Assembly (NCBI RefSeq): GCF_037042905.1
Contig: NC_087263.1
Coordinates: forward strand, 12,154,001-12,218,000
DNA length: 64,000 bases
Direction of reading: 5' to 3'
Origin: Lytechinus pictus
Taxonomy: Eukaryota
In this document: piece by piece, positions 12,775 to 26,595 of the stretch
How the letters are laid out: each line of letters begins with the position of its first letter
Position numbering within the stretch: the first letter of the stretch is position 1
Notes under the pieces: generated by a model
Seen by the model: only the letters and a program-made list of their open reading frames with translations
Database searches by the model: none
Told to the model about the DNA's origin: nothing
Made by a program: the position numbers and the translations under genes

Positions 12775-13228
12775 GGAGAGTGTTTCATAATGAGGCATCT
12801 TGTCATTGAATTTTCACAGACATAATTGCTCTGAGCCAATCAAACGCAAGGATTTCAGTAGCTTAATACAGGTATTACTCAATACTATCTGTTTTATGAA
12901 ATGCTCCCCTGGTGACAGAATGTAGGAGAATGTTTCATAGAGCATCTTGTCATTTATTTCCACTGACAAATTTGTTCTGAGCCAATCAGATGCAAGGATT
13001 TCAGTAGCTTGTAACAGTTTTCTGTGAAAATCACCAACTACATGTACATGTATCTGTTTGATGAAGTGCTCCACTGATGACAGAATGTAGGAGAATGTTT
13101 CATGAAGAATCTTGTCATTTATTTTCACTGACAAATTTGCTCTGAGCCAATCAGATGCAAGGATTCCAGTAGCTTGTAACAGTTGTCTGTGCAATCCACC
13201 AACTATCTGTTTGATGAAGTGCTCCCAT
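12775..13228. repeat. Three head-to-tail copies of a roughly 150-bp MITE-like unit
   Basis: Each unit GGAGA.TGTTTCAT...CTGAGCCAATCA...ATGAA.TGCTCC, joined by TG.TGACAGAATGTA. Confidence 0.85.
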
Positions 13229-14859
13229 GTTATTATGGATTTCACCAAGACTCTTTATTTCCATATTCTTTACATTGCTTCATTGTGATTTATTCAGTAC
13301 CACGGAAAAAAATTGCCGGTGTGTGAAATTAGCAATGGCAGCTCATAAATAATTCTGAACGTGTACATGTATGTACAGTAATTCATATATTCTTTTCGAA
13401 CTTATACAGTACATAACTGTGTATAATTCCAAAGAAGTGTGTACATGTAGGGATAATCATTTTTAAATGTCATTAGTTTTCAGAAAAGGGAACTCCGCAA
13501 AAAGTGATATGAAAAAAAAAGAGAAAAATCAAACAAAGCATGATCGACAATATACAAATTTTATCAAAATCGGAATGTAAAGGTACATATATCAACTTCT
13601 GACTTTTTTTGGTTTGCAAACAGTTTGTGTGCGCAACAGACGAGATAGTCAGTGATATTGAACGCTGTACACTACTCATCCATGACATCTCATTTATTTA
13701 ATTTCATGAACACAATATTTTGATTTTTGGAGATAATGTTTTATTAGGACAATAATGATGCTCTTCATCAGATCACAAAAAATGTTACAGTCTTGGCAAA
13801 TCCACATGTTTAGTGAGGAATCAAACTTTAAGTATATTGTAATATTTCACTGAAGAAATAATAAGTGGATAACATTATTTGTTTCTTCATTTCATCCAGA
13901 CTGTAAAGTGTAGTGTGCAGTACTGTACATGTAGGCCTAACTATTTGAGAATTTATTAAAGCAAAAAATGTAACTTTCTATTGTATATTTTGTATCTGAC
14001 TTTTTTATTTGGATTGTTTTCTTTTTATTCAAATAAACTTGTTGCTCGACTTCCCCTTTATTATAAATCTGTATCCATGCACATGAAATACTGTTTGTCA
14101 GATGCTAGTTCCTACTCAGGGCAAATGGAGTAGAATTAGCAGAGTTGGGCCAGTGGCAGTGAGCTATTAAAGAAATCTATGTTCAGAAATGATATTAATT
14201 TTCCCCTGCATACAGCAGTACATGTTATGTACTGTACTGTATGGTGCTGGTAATGATGTAAAAACTGCATTGAGCCGAGTTATTTCTCTCTGCCCGTTCA
14301 CAGCTGACACTTTTCTCATCAATGCTCTTCCTGTATAATCCTTTGCATCCCTATCCATCATATTAAGCTTTGACGACCTAATTAAATAGTCCCGCAACCT
14401 TTGATATTTGTTTGTTATTTGAAGAGCTTGGTTCAAGAAGGTGTCACGCGACATTTTGATGAAAATTAGTTTATTGACTACCGTTCTGATTTTGATTATA
14501 ATTCAGGTATTTACTCTTTTTGAATGATTAGACTATTTTCGGGTAAACTTTATTTTGATTTTTTATATTTTGTCGATTGTCATTGTATGTCGTTCTTTCT
14601 TTACACTATAAAATTGTACACTGTATATATATATGCTGCCATTGTTAAGAGTTTTGGTGTACTGTACATATGTATGGATTGATTTTATTCATGAGAGATT
14701 TTGCTACATGGATCTGCCTGCATGTAATTTATGCTCCCAGATATATTTTTAAAGTTAAGTGATTTTCATTTTTGTTTCAGTTATTCTTATTCATCTTCTT
14801 TTCTCCTCCTTTTCTTCATCTTTCTTTCTAATATCTTCCCTCATTATCTTCCTCCCCCT

Positions 14860-15379
14860 TATCACCATCACCACCACCACAACCACCACCAGCATCATCA
14901 TGCATCAATATTATCATCATCATAACATCATCATCATCACCATCTTCATCATCATCACCATCAATACACCAGCACCATCATCATCACAACATCATTTACA
15001 GCATCACCATCATCAAAATCATCACTATACCACCATCATCATCAACATCATCAAATCCATTAACATAATACAAATCATATCCAACACCATTTACGCACTT
15101 TCCATGATCAAAATCACCACACATACATGTACATTGTATATTCATTATCTTTCTCCTCCTTATCATCATCTTCACCACCAGCATTCACCACCACCACCAC
15201 CACCACCACCACAACCACCACCATCATCATCATGCATCATCATGCATCAATATTATCATCATCATTACATCACCATCATCATCTTCACCACCACCACTAC
15301 CATCATCATCTCTATCATCAACATCATGATCATAGTCATCATTATCTTCATCACCACCACCAACACAACCACCACCACC

Positions 15380-15410
<31 letters not shown>

Positions 15411-15451
15411 CCACCATCATCATCATCTTCATCACCACCACCACCAACACA

Positions 15452-15485
<34 letters not shown>

Positions 15486-15523
15486 TCATCACCACCATCA
15501 TCACCACCACCACCACCACCACC

Positions 15524-15555
<32 letters not shown>

Positions 15556-15590
15556 TACTACCACCATCATCATCGCAAACACTATCATGA
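14860..15590. repeat. (CAT)n/(CAC)n compound trinucleotide repeat
   Basis: Directly visible; source of the spurious poly-His/Ile/Thr ORFs. Confidence 0.95.
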
Positions 15591-16753
15591 TCTTTAACAG
15601 CAACAACAGGGAATTATATTTCCCAGAGAGTCACCTGTGCAAAATCAATTATAAAAACAAATGCATTTTTCCCCAAACTGAAAAAGGTGGATTCAGTACC
15701 TTTTGCAAATTACGGTTTTAATTCTGCTCACATTAAGCAGCACTGCCAGCCCGTGACCAAATGCAATTTAGCAATAATTGTTTGGCTATGGAGTTATACA
15801 TTTTGGAGCATTAATTTGATGATTTTTTTATCACATCATTCTTGCCAAACTTGTACGGTATAGTGTACAGCGGTTTTGCCAGCATCAAGCTGACAAAATG
15901 AGGTAGAGCATGGACTCAAATCCCAGCCATAAATTTTATTTCATTTTATTGCAGTTGTCCTAGGAGAGTTTTTCCTCAACATTTCTGTTCGACAGGTTGT
16001 TGGATCTGACAACTGTCCTTCAATTTTATTGGCTGAGAAGCACTGTTACTATGGTAACTGTCAGATAAAACAGGACTTGTCAGACAAAACACCCAACAAG
16101 ATCTTTTTATTATTAATGGTCTGCAATACTTGTGAAATGCTTGTGCACTGGAACGGTGCATGTGGGCTTGCCAAAGTAACAAAATCAAATGACAATACTT
16201 GCTTCTGCGCCTCCTTATCAATATCAGCATCATTTGTAATTCTGTTGTTTAAATACTATTTTAATTATATTAATCTCTATTTCATAACTTCATAATGAAA
16301 ATCAAATCTAAATTATATTTCTGACCTTTTTGTTGTATAATTTTAAGTTTAAAACGGGTTTTTTCCCCCAATACACAATTATCAGAATCCCATGCTAGTA
16401 TTATCTACTGAAATCTCACTTATGCATGACACAATCAACCAACTGTTTCTCATTTAAATGTGAATGATTTTTAAAGTGTATATATACAATCTTCAAATGT
16501 AAATAATATTCAATGTAAACATTGCACAATTAGTCTTCGGACTACAGCATTGTATTCTGTTTTATATCTAATAAACCAAATTGAATTGAATCATGTGCTC
16601 AAAAGCTACCAATGATGTATATTATTTTAAAAAAAGATGGAGTGAAAAAAGAATCTCCAATTCAATGTTTGATTTAAGACTTTAACACCCTCTCTTATCA
16701 TTATTTCATAAATGTTTCTTGACTATTTCCAGACTGCGCCCCTGTCTATGTAG

Positions 16754-16860
16754 ATGTATGGGTCATCTGATGGAATGGCAGCCTATCGTTCTTTCCAAGA
16801 GGGTTATGATGGAGCTTTACCAAGTCCTCAGAAAAAAGGAGTCGATCATACAAGTCAAAG
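16754..16860 (+). CDS. Coiled-coil gene coding exon 1 (acceptor at 16733, ATG 16754; MYGSS...HTSQ, ends phase 2)
   Basis: TTTCCAG| acceptor at 16732; in-frame TAG directly before ATG; donor AAG|GTATTT. Confidence 0.75.
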
Positions 16861-19800
16861 GTATTTGTAGACAAACGTTTCAATTTTAATAATAAATGAA
16901 TAAATAAATAAATAAATAGATAAACAAGTAGATGAATAGATAGACCAATAAAGAAATTAATAACTTGATTAATAAATTTGTAATTAATTAAATAAATAAA
17001 TAAATGAATTAATTAATAAATGAATAAGTAGATAAATAGATAGACAAATAAATTTATTAATAAATTGATTGATAAATTAGTAATAAATAAATGAATAAAT
17101 AAATATTCAAAAGAATAAATAAATGAAATTAATTATTAATAAGTAAGTTAATAAAATAAATAAATTAATTAATTAATAAATATAAGTAGTATTAGTGATT
17201 GAGTGAGTGAGGGAGTGAATGAATGAATGATTGAATGAATGAATAAATAAATAAATAGATCAATAAATGAATGAATAAATGAATAAATAAATAAATAACT
17301 AAATGAATAAATTGATTGATTGATTTAAATGGATAAATGAAAAAAAAAAATGAATGAATAAGTAAATGAGTGAATGAATGAATTCTCCTTTTGAAAGGAC
17401 TGTAAACCAGAAAGAGTTGAGCTTGAGAAACTGACATAGAGCTGGCTTGAGTTGTAGAGATTTAGACGAGGCTGATGTGAGTCGGCGGGTGGAGTTGTAG
17501 AGCTGAAGGAGAGAAGACTAGACGTTTCAGGCAGGTTGACTGTCCCACTCCTGCTAATGTGTAGTTTGCATAGTAGTGGTCAAACAAAGTCTGTGCAATT
17601 TTGCTTTTGTACTTTATTTGAATTGTAACATATACCATATGTGTTAAAACTTTATGAGAAAAAAAAACAAGGAATTGAACTGTTTTCTTTTTGTTTTCTC
17701 ATGTGTTTCAGGCATGGTTCAAGTACATGCAGTGAAAGTGGCAAGCCTGTATGGTACAGTAGGGCTTTATCACCGTATGAAGGTAAGAATAAAGGTTTGG
17801 GCTTTCGCACCAGGGCTACATGATCCGACTACATCATGATTTTCTTAACAAATCAAACTTTGCATTAAATTTGAAAGGTCAAAGAAGTATAAAAATCATA
17901 CTTGAAATTTGGCATGATGCCAGGAATACCTACATGTAAATCAGAATTCTGCTTTGCTGCAAGCCTTTGAGATCAGAGTGAAGCCCAAATCGATTTCAAG
18001 TTGCAGACGATGATGATGTCATTATGATGAGGAATCAGATTTGCTTCTATTCCTACAGGGGGGCTTGAATTGATATAGACTAGGATTTTGAGTTAAGCAT
18101 TCATACCACTATTCAGAACTTTGATCATTCAGAGTTTATACATGTACATGTAGCTTGCTACAATGTGTATTTCTTTGAAAATGGGATCGCAATGGATCAT
18201 GTATTGTGCATAGGACTTTACACCTGGGTCCCGTAACACAAATAGCGATTAATCGTGAGCTTGATTTTCACGATTGACATAGTCAATGCAATCAATTGTA
18301 GAAATTTTTTTAAAGATCATTGCTAAGCTTTGTGTTATAGGCAGTTGGTGGGTGTTTCATAAAGCTGTTCGTATAAAGGCAAGAGCGACTTTAAGAACGA
18401 CTGGTGAACCTTTCTTACGCCCTATACGTGTAATCACCAATGAATGTTTAATGCTGAATATCATTTACCACAAGGAAGGATCACCAGTCGTTCTTAAAGT
18501 CACTTTTAACTTCAATATGAACTTTATGAAACACCCACCTATATACCAATCACCTCCATGTAAGTCACTTTATTGCACTCATATTTGCATAGGAGTACTG
18601 TGTTTTGTCCAGACCCAAACATGTTGACTTGAATCAACATAGAAAAATCAAACTACATGTAGTATAACGTTGAAGTTTTCATTAAAATAAGAAAGTTATG
18701 CCATTAAAATATTTATAATATCTTCCACGTTTTATAATGAATTATAGAAAATTAAAATATGTACCTCATTTTTGGCCTCCAGAAAATGCAATGAAATTCT
18801 GTAGAGGACTGTTGACATGTATACCTTTCCAAAATAGGCTTCTTTTTTAATAATAGATCAATATATTCGGTGGTGAAATTGCAAGGTTTCAATAACGACT
18901 TTAATTTCCTGCCTCCCAGGCAAATGAAGTGTATTAGAATACTCTGTTGTAATTTACAGATATGTATTGATGAATGGACTGTGAAATTGACTCGCTTATG
19001 ACACATCGGGAATATTTTGGCCTGGAAGTCTAATTAAGATCTGATGAGGGGAAAATAGTTTCATCTATGAAACGGAGAGGCTTGCACACGGTAGAATAAA
19101 TTATGTATCTTTACGTGACTTGAAATTGTGTGATATTGGCTTTGTAATGAGCCCGTCTTGACTGCTTATTGTTGGAATACTCCACAGGGAGTGGAGATTG
19201 TGCATATACATGTAGAGGACAAGTCAGAATTAAATATAAACCAGGGTCTGTACATGTATCTGTAAACATGCCTAGATAAAAGTGTAGAGATGATGTGACA
19301 ACTGCCACTAGGGAGCATTCAAATTCCATCTGAAAGCTATAAAAAGGAGAGAAGATTAGGATAAAAGGGATTTTGTGCAAATTTTATTTCTAGCTTTACC
19401 TATGTCTGAACATTATCTGAAACTTCTGCCCCTTCCCTTCTCATATTTTCACAGCTTACAATTTGTTATGCTACATCATGCAGATGCAATGATGTTACAT
19501 GCATGAAGACATCAACCAGTGTTAGCTACAGATGTTTTTACCGTTTACTTGTCATTTGTGCTTCTACATTTTTTTCTCATATTTTTTTTTTATAAGAGCA
19601 AAATCCGAACCTGTCCACGTTTAGTTATGGGAGCTTAGAAGCTTATGGAGGCGATGAGCTGTGAGTATCTTTATTTCATTTTAATTTTTGATTGTTGATA
19701 TTTTACTATCTACATTTTCCTTTTGATATATTAAGGAGTTATTTGCATAAAAAAAAAACTCTTTTGCTCAAATTCATTCATTGAATCATGTCTACATTTG

Positions 19801-22800
19801 TTCACTTGTTCATTCTTTCATTCATTCAATTGGTCATTTATTCATTCATTCATTCATTCAATCGTTCATTCATTCATTCATTCATTCATTCATTCAATCG
19901 TTCGTTCATTCATTCATTCATTCATTCATTCATTCATTCATTCAATCGTTCATTCATTCATTCAATCAATCGTACGTTCGTTCGTTCATTCATTCATTCA
20001 TTCTTTCATTCATTTCATCCAATTGATTTTCTCAAATTCATTCATTTAAAATTTATTCATGAAAAATATCCTTATTGTTACCATCATTTTAATTTAATTT
20101 TTGTTTTCATTAAACTTTATTCAATTTTCATTAATTCATAATATTTCACCTATTTTGGATGGCATATATTCTAATGGCGGTGATTGATATCTAAAGTGTT
20201 TTTGACGTAAACACTTGCTTCAGTAAAACCACACCTACAGTTCTCTACAGTTCTCTCCAGTCAACTCCAGTCAACCTTTATACTGTACATGCTCATGCAT
20301 GCTATTGTATTGTTTACATGATATTTCTAAAACAAACTTTGATGGAAAAATGTTCGCTAGGCCTACATGTAGTGATACATCCAAACATACAAAGGTCTGT
20401 GCTTTTTATTTTGGATTGCATTTTGATATACTTTATATCCAAAGGTGAAGAAATGAATTTATGTAAATTCTGTGTTCTTAATTATTCTATGATTTGATCT
20501 ATGAATAATGCAGTTAAAATCTGAGTTTAAACATTCCAGTATAAAGTGGTATTTGTTTTTTGAACACTGCAAACACCAATGCAGGGTTTTGTTTAATTGT
20601 ACTTTCATGATTTTCTCTTCATTGTGCAAAATTCGAATTTTTCTGTCTGAAAACTGACGGTGTTTTCAGACCAACATAAAATTCTGTGTTCGGTTTTTCA
20701 TTTTCAATACTGCAGAAAACTGGGGACTACTCCTCTATTACAAACTACCGATCTGTTGAACCATTTAATATTATGAGTCCAAGTTCGTCTTTCTTGAATA
20801 TTATATTGCTTTTTAGAAATCAGTCAGCAAATATATTTGAAGAACTGGAGGAGCTGCGTAGTGAGCGTCTGAAACTGAGCGAGACCAACGAGGCGTTGCA
20901 CCGACGGTTGAAGACGACGGAGGAATCCGAGACGGAACTTCTCAAGAAAGCGGAAGATGCGAAGAAAACGATCAGCAGGTATGAAGTCATTCTTTATTCA
21001 GTTTACAGTCGCACCAGTGAAACAGACTCCAAACCGACCAATGGTAATGCTATTGGAAATAATGTAATAGCTCTGGGGTCGGTTTCACTGGTGTGACTTG
21101 ACCATGCATGTCTAATAGTGATCTCATTATTATTATATTCGGTTGTACGATTCTTGTTTATCAGCCCTTTTGAGACTGCATGGCCTGAATTCACAAAGGT
21201 GATTTTGGAAACTGTCGGGCGAACCCATGGTTTATGCAGATTTCATGCATAAATTACGCTTAATTTCAGGGTATATTGAAAAATGTCCAATACTGATGCA
21301 CGCTTTTGTCACAGTGCGGTAAACTAAGCATAATTTATCCATGAAATCTGTATAAACCATGGGTTCAATCGACGGTTTTCAAAACCACCTTTGTGAATTC
21401 GGGCCAGTGATTTTGCTATAAACATGCTGGCTCATGCAGTCTCCAACAATTTTTCTCTGTGTTCACAAATCTTTCTTTTTCCCCTTTGAAGTTCGCCTGT
21501 TGGCTGTTACGGAAAGTACATGTAGAACACATATCAAATGTTTATAGTTTTTCATGGCTTTGTGATTTCACCATCCAGAAGTGTGTGTTAAGAGCATATT
21601 GGACCAAGGAAAATACTGCCCCCCTTGAAAATGCAAAAATACTTTACATCCGTTCAAACACTACAATAACCACGCAGTACAAGTTTGAAATCCCACTGTT
21701 GTGTGCTGATGTTAAATTAAAGTCTGCCTCACAGACTATTTTTAGCTGCACTGTACTTCTGTTTGAAATGGCTAATTTGATTTAGACTGATCAACAGGGA
21801 TTTAATTAAAGATTGTTGTAGCAATACAATTCAATTGTCTATTATTTGGGGTTGGTATTCATACATGGGATATCGTGCATTAAAAATGGACAACCTGTCA
21901 GCTTAGCCACTGACTCAAGTGTAATGTATGTACTAAGAGTTGTTTGATATAGTTTATATTGTTATCATTACTATTCTTGTTTTTGATGTTGTTAGTACTA
22001 TTATTATTGTAATTATATTGTTAATATCATTTTTGTTAATATTATCATTCATATTATTTTTCTATTATATTATTATTAGTATTATTGTTATTATCATTAA
22101 TACTATTTGAATTTTTGAAATTGACTTGGGAATTTGAAAATTCATACTAATAAATGACAGGCCTTATGTCTGAACAGGATTGGCCTGATCAGAAATAGTG
22201 GGAGAATTTTAAAATTCAGGCTTTAATATGTAACTTTAGGTCTTTTTTAATCAAGATACAGTAATTCTGACTGGGATAATTTGTCTGATTAGAAATAAGA
22301 GGAAAATTCAAAAATTCAGGCTAATGTAGTCAGGTTTTATAAATATGTTGTATGATAATTCTTTTGTGATTAATTTGCCTGATCAGCCAAAAAGCAGGAG
22401 ATTTTGAAAATGTACTTGTAGGCTAATGTAGACAGGTAATATTAAAATATGTCGCATGATAATTTTGTTTCTGATTAATTTGCCTGATCAGAAAAAAGCA
22501 GGAGAATTTGACATTTCAGGGAATAACAAAGACAGACCTTTTACAGGCAATTGTTCTCATTTCACGTTCTAGCCTCCTTCTAAAGCAAACCGTGTTTAAA
22601 GATCAGATGCTTGATCTACAGGACGAAGTGAGAAGATTGGAAAACAATTCTTTATCATTACAAAACCAAGTAGCAAGCCTGGTGAGATATTTTTTGTTCA
22701 TAATTATACAAATCTTTTAACTCTGAAGTCTGGTTTAACTTAATAGACCATGGTCTAACTCTGTGCTAAAATTATGGGAAGCCATGAAGCATTTCAAAAT

Positions 22801-25800
22801 TTTGTCTACAGTGAATGCTTCTCATGTTTACTGTGGTCTTTACTAATTCTTTAATGGTGAAGACAACTGTCATAGTTCCCAGGCAGTTAATAATGTTTTG
22901 GGAATCAAATGAGCTGATACATTGAATCTCTACTGTTAGAGATTTATGTAACAACTGGCTTTCCGTAGCTAAACCACAACTTAAAACCAGAGTTTACATT
23001 AAACCCAACTTCAAAATACGGGCCATTGTCTCCTTATTTGTTTGTGATTAAACTTTAATAATCATGGATTGATTACAAAATGCATACATGTAGGTACGTA
23101 TTCTGAACTCCAGTTTGACAAGGATGGTTTAGGTCTGGGCTAACTTTATGAAAAGCTGTAAGCATTTGTTGTTTGTTTCTGTTGAGTTAACTGGGATCTT
23201 ACCCATGATTTGAGACCAAATTCACGATGCCCGGGTATGTGATTAAAAAATTACGCAACATTACGTAAGTACATGTCAGACCCAAAATTGCTCCAAAATA
23301 TGATTTTGTGTACAAAGTCAGTGTAAATTGGATTTTCTCACCTTATTCATAAAGATATGATTATTTCTACTTTCATTAGCTGAAATTAATTGATTTTAGC
23401 ATAATTATGCTTAAAAAAGGTTCTGCTATAAATTTGGCGAAAAAACAAAAGATCGGGAAACAAAGAAATACCCCAAGAAATTCATAAAACAATAAAATAC
23501 ACAATAGATTCATTTTCAACCAGGATTTTTTTCATTTGTAATTGTTACCAATGGCATATTATATTAACACCAAACATTAGCACTCTATGAGCTTTTTGTG
23601 AATTAGAGCAAAAAGTAAGATTTATGCATACATTAGCATAATTAATTTCATTAAAAAAAAATCTGTTGATTTCGGAAAAAATAACCATGTAGCCTTGTAG
23701 ATTGCATCCCATACTATTATCATGCTAATTTTCACAGCGTTCACGTGATTGGCAGCCCAAGACCCCCCCCCCCCCCCCCCCGGTCATATAACGCCCCAAA
23801 TTCCCGGTCTGGTAAGGGTTTATAAACCATGGTGTAAGTGTAACCAGATTTCAGAATACTGGCCATAGGCTTTCACTTTTCTTTTTAACAAGCCATGTTG
23901 TTTCTATGTACAACGTGTATATAAAAATCTTTCACAGTGCCTTGAAATAAAAATGTATATGTAATGAGCACAAAATCAGTTTCCAGATTCTTACACCATT
24001 TTCACACACTTTATATGTACTTAATAATTTTATATCTGTATCTCTTATAAGGAAACTTATTATCTAGCTTTTTACCTTTTCCCCAACTTTAGGAAGCAGA
24101 AAAGCAAGCGTTGATGAAAACTGTGCGACAAATGAAAAGTGAGGTGGGTGCAATATCACTTCCAAATATAAAAAAAAAAATTAAAAGTGAAAGCAAACTA
24201 GAATAAGAATAAAACAGTGATTTCACTGAAAAATGTAGTCATAGTCAATTGAAGGAAATTGAATATATATACCTATTAAAATGGCTAGTGGAAAACAACA
24301 ATTAGACCAAGTGGGATAAGACCAAATGGGAAGTAGACCAAGTGGGTGTAGGCCAAGTGGCAATTAATTCAACTGAATTTACCAAATGGCTTGTAGACAA
24401 ACTAGGATTTAACCATGTGGGATTAGAGACCAAATGGGAAGAAGATGGTTTAGACCAAGTGGCAATTTATCATTGACACTTGTTTCTCATTAAAAAATGA
24501 AATGAGACAGGGGCCTGTCTGTAGCAGTTGTAAATTAGCAAGGTTTCCTTACACTTTTTCCAAATGTCAATACATCACCATGATCTACTTAAAGACGGCT
24601 GTTTATTCATTGCCATGGTAACGATGACTAGCTTCCTGTGCTCTCAACGCATTGGCAAACAAGCGGAATAAGAATGAAAAGACTGCGTGCAGATGAAAGT
24701 TTGACACCATCCCACTCTTCGATGAATTAATCGGTTTTAGATAAACACCTGCTTTGGTACGCCCTGGCAAGATTACACATAAGCCACTCAAGTAATTTTC
24801 ATAACTAGTATGAGATTCTCATAGCCATGGTTTATTGAATCGTACATGTAGACCATGGAGGTATTAAAAAAGGATGGAGTGACGACGAAATGCAAATTCA
24901 TGATATAGATTCTAATTTCTGAAGAAGTAAATGAATACACGGATGCACTGTATGTAGCCTTTGGTTAGTCTGCTGGGCAAACCCTTCACTCGAGTTAATG
25001 GTCTGAATGTGCAGCCTACTCATGCCTTGTGTGCTGAAGGCTCTCTCGCTGTATTGGAACAGCAAGTTTTGTATGTGCTAGTCTTTGCGTGGAGGCACAC
25101 TTATTGATCAAAGTTCCAATCAGGGTCTGTGCCTGCAGACTAGCCTTTGGTGGCGACCTGTGATGCCGCCAGTTTCATGGAGAAACTGAAAAGTTATTTG
25201 TGTTGAAAGTGGATAATTTGGAATATTTTCAATTATATTTCATTACAAAACGTGGATATTGAACACATGACGAAATATATTTCAAAGCTTTACTGAAATT
25301 TGGCGAAATAATTTTTAATAGTTTATCTTCACCTGACCTCTTTTTTACCTCAATGCTTTATAGGCCATACATTTTTGAAGTGCCAGTTGTAAATCACTTT
25401 GAGATTATTACCACAACTTGCATAAACATTTACGAGGAGTTTGTACATAACTATTTTTCATATATCATTGAGATGAGATGGAAATCAATGTTTTCATTTA
25501 ATTGCAATTGATTTTGATTGTAGGATACGGAGAAGCTCTCATTGAGGAAAACAATTGCATCACTGGAAGATGAGGTATGTGATTGTGAATTTCACTTCAA
25601 GTTCGAATCATTATCATTATAGTGATGACAGTTCAATAAAACACAATGATGATGATGGTGATGATTATGATGATGATGATGATGGTGATGATGGTGATGA
25701 TGATGATGATGGTGATGGTGATGATGATTGTGATGATGGTGATGTGATGATGATGATGGTGATGATGGTGATGATGATGATGATGGTGATGATTATGATG

Positions 25801-26437
25801 ATGGTGATGATGATGATGATGGTGATGATGGTGATGATGGTGATGATGGTGATGATGATGATGATTGTGATGATGGTGATGTGATGATGATGATGGTGAT
25901 GATGGTGATGATGATGATGATGGTGATGATTATGATGATGGTGATGATGATGATGATGGTGATGATGGTGATGATGGTGATGATGGTGATGATGATGATG
26001 ATGGTGATGGTGATGATGATTGTGATGATGGTGATGTGATGATGATGATGGTGATGATGGTGATGATGGTGATGATGGTGATGATGATGATGGTGATGGT
26101 GATGATGATGGTGATGGTGATGATGATGGTGTTGATGATGATGATGTTGATGATGATAATGATGATGATTTATGAAAATGATAAGAATGAAAATGATAAT
26201 AATGGTGATAGACTGATAGTGATAATTATTTGGATAATGCTCATAATATTTATTGTATTAATAGTGATAAGAGTAATGAATATAGAAATGATAAAAACAG
26301 TAGGAATGGTGATAATGATATTAACAATAAAAATTATGATAGTGATGATATTGCAAATTAGAGTAATAATCATGATGATATTGGTGATATTTTAGATAGG
26401 AATTATGGCAAAAGTAGTAATAAGAATGATTGTGATG

Positions 26438-26469
<32 letters not shown>

Positions 26470-26537
26470 GGTGGTGGTGGTGATGATGATGATGATGATG
26501 GTGGTGATGGTGATGATGGTGGTGATGGTGATGATGG

Positions 26538-26595
<58 letters not shown>

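Noticed and set aside
14167..14454. 95-aa minus-strand ORF with protein-like composition
   Set aside because: No motif recognised and no convincing splice sites; could be a decayed TE or pseudogene fragment but unsupported without tBLASTn
14759..15721. 320-aa and poly-His ORFs
   Set aside because: Artefacts of the (CAT/CAC)n repeat; no splice or compositional support
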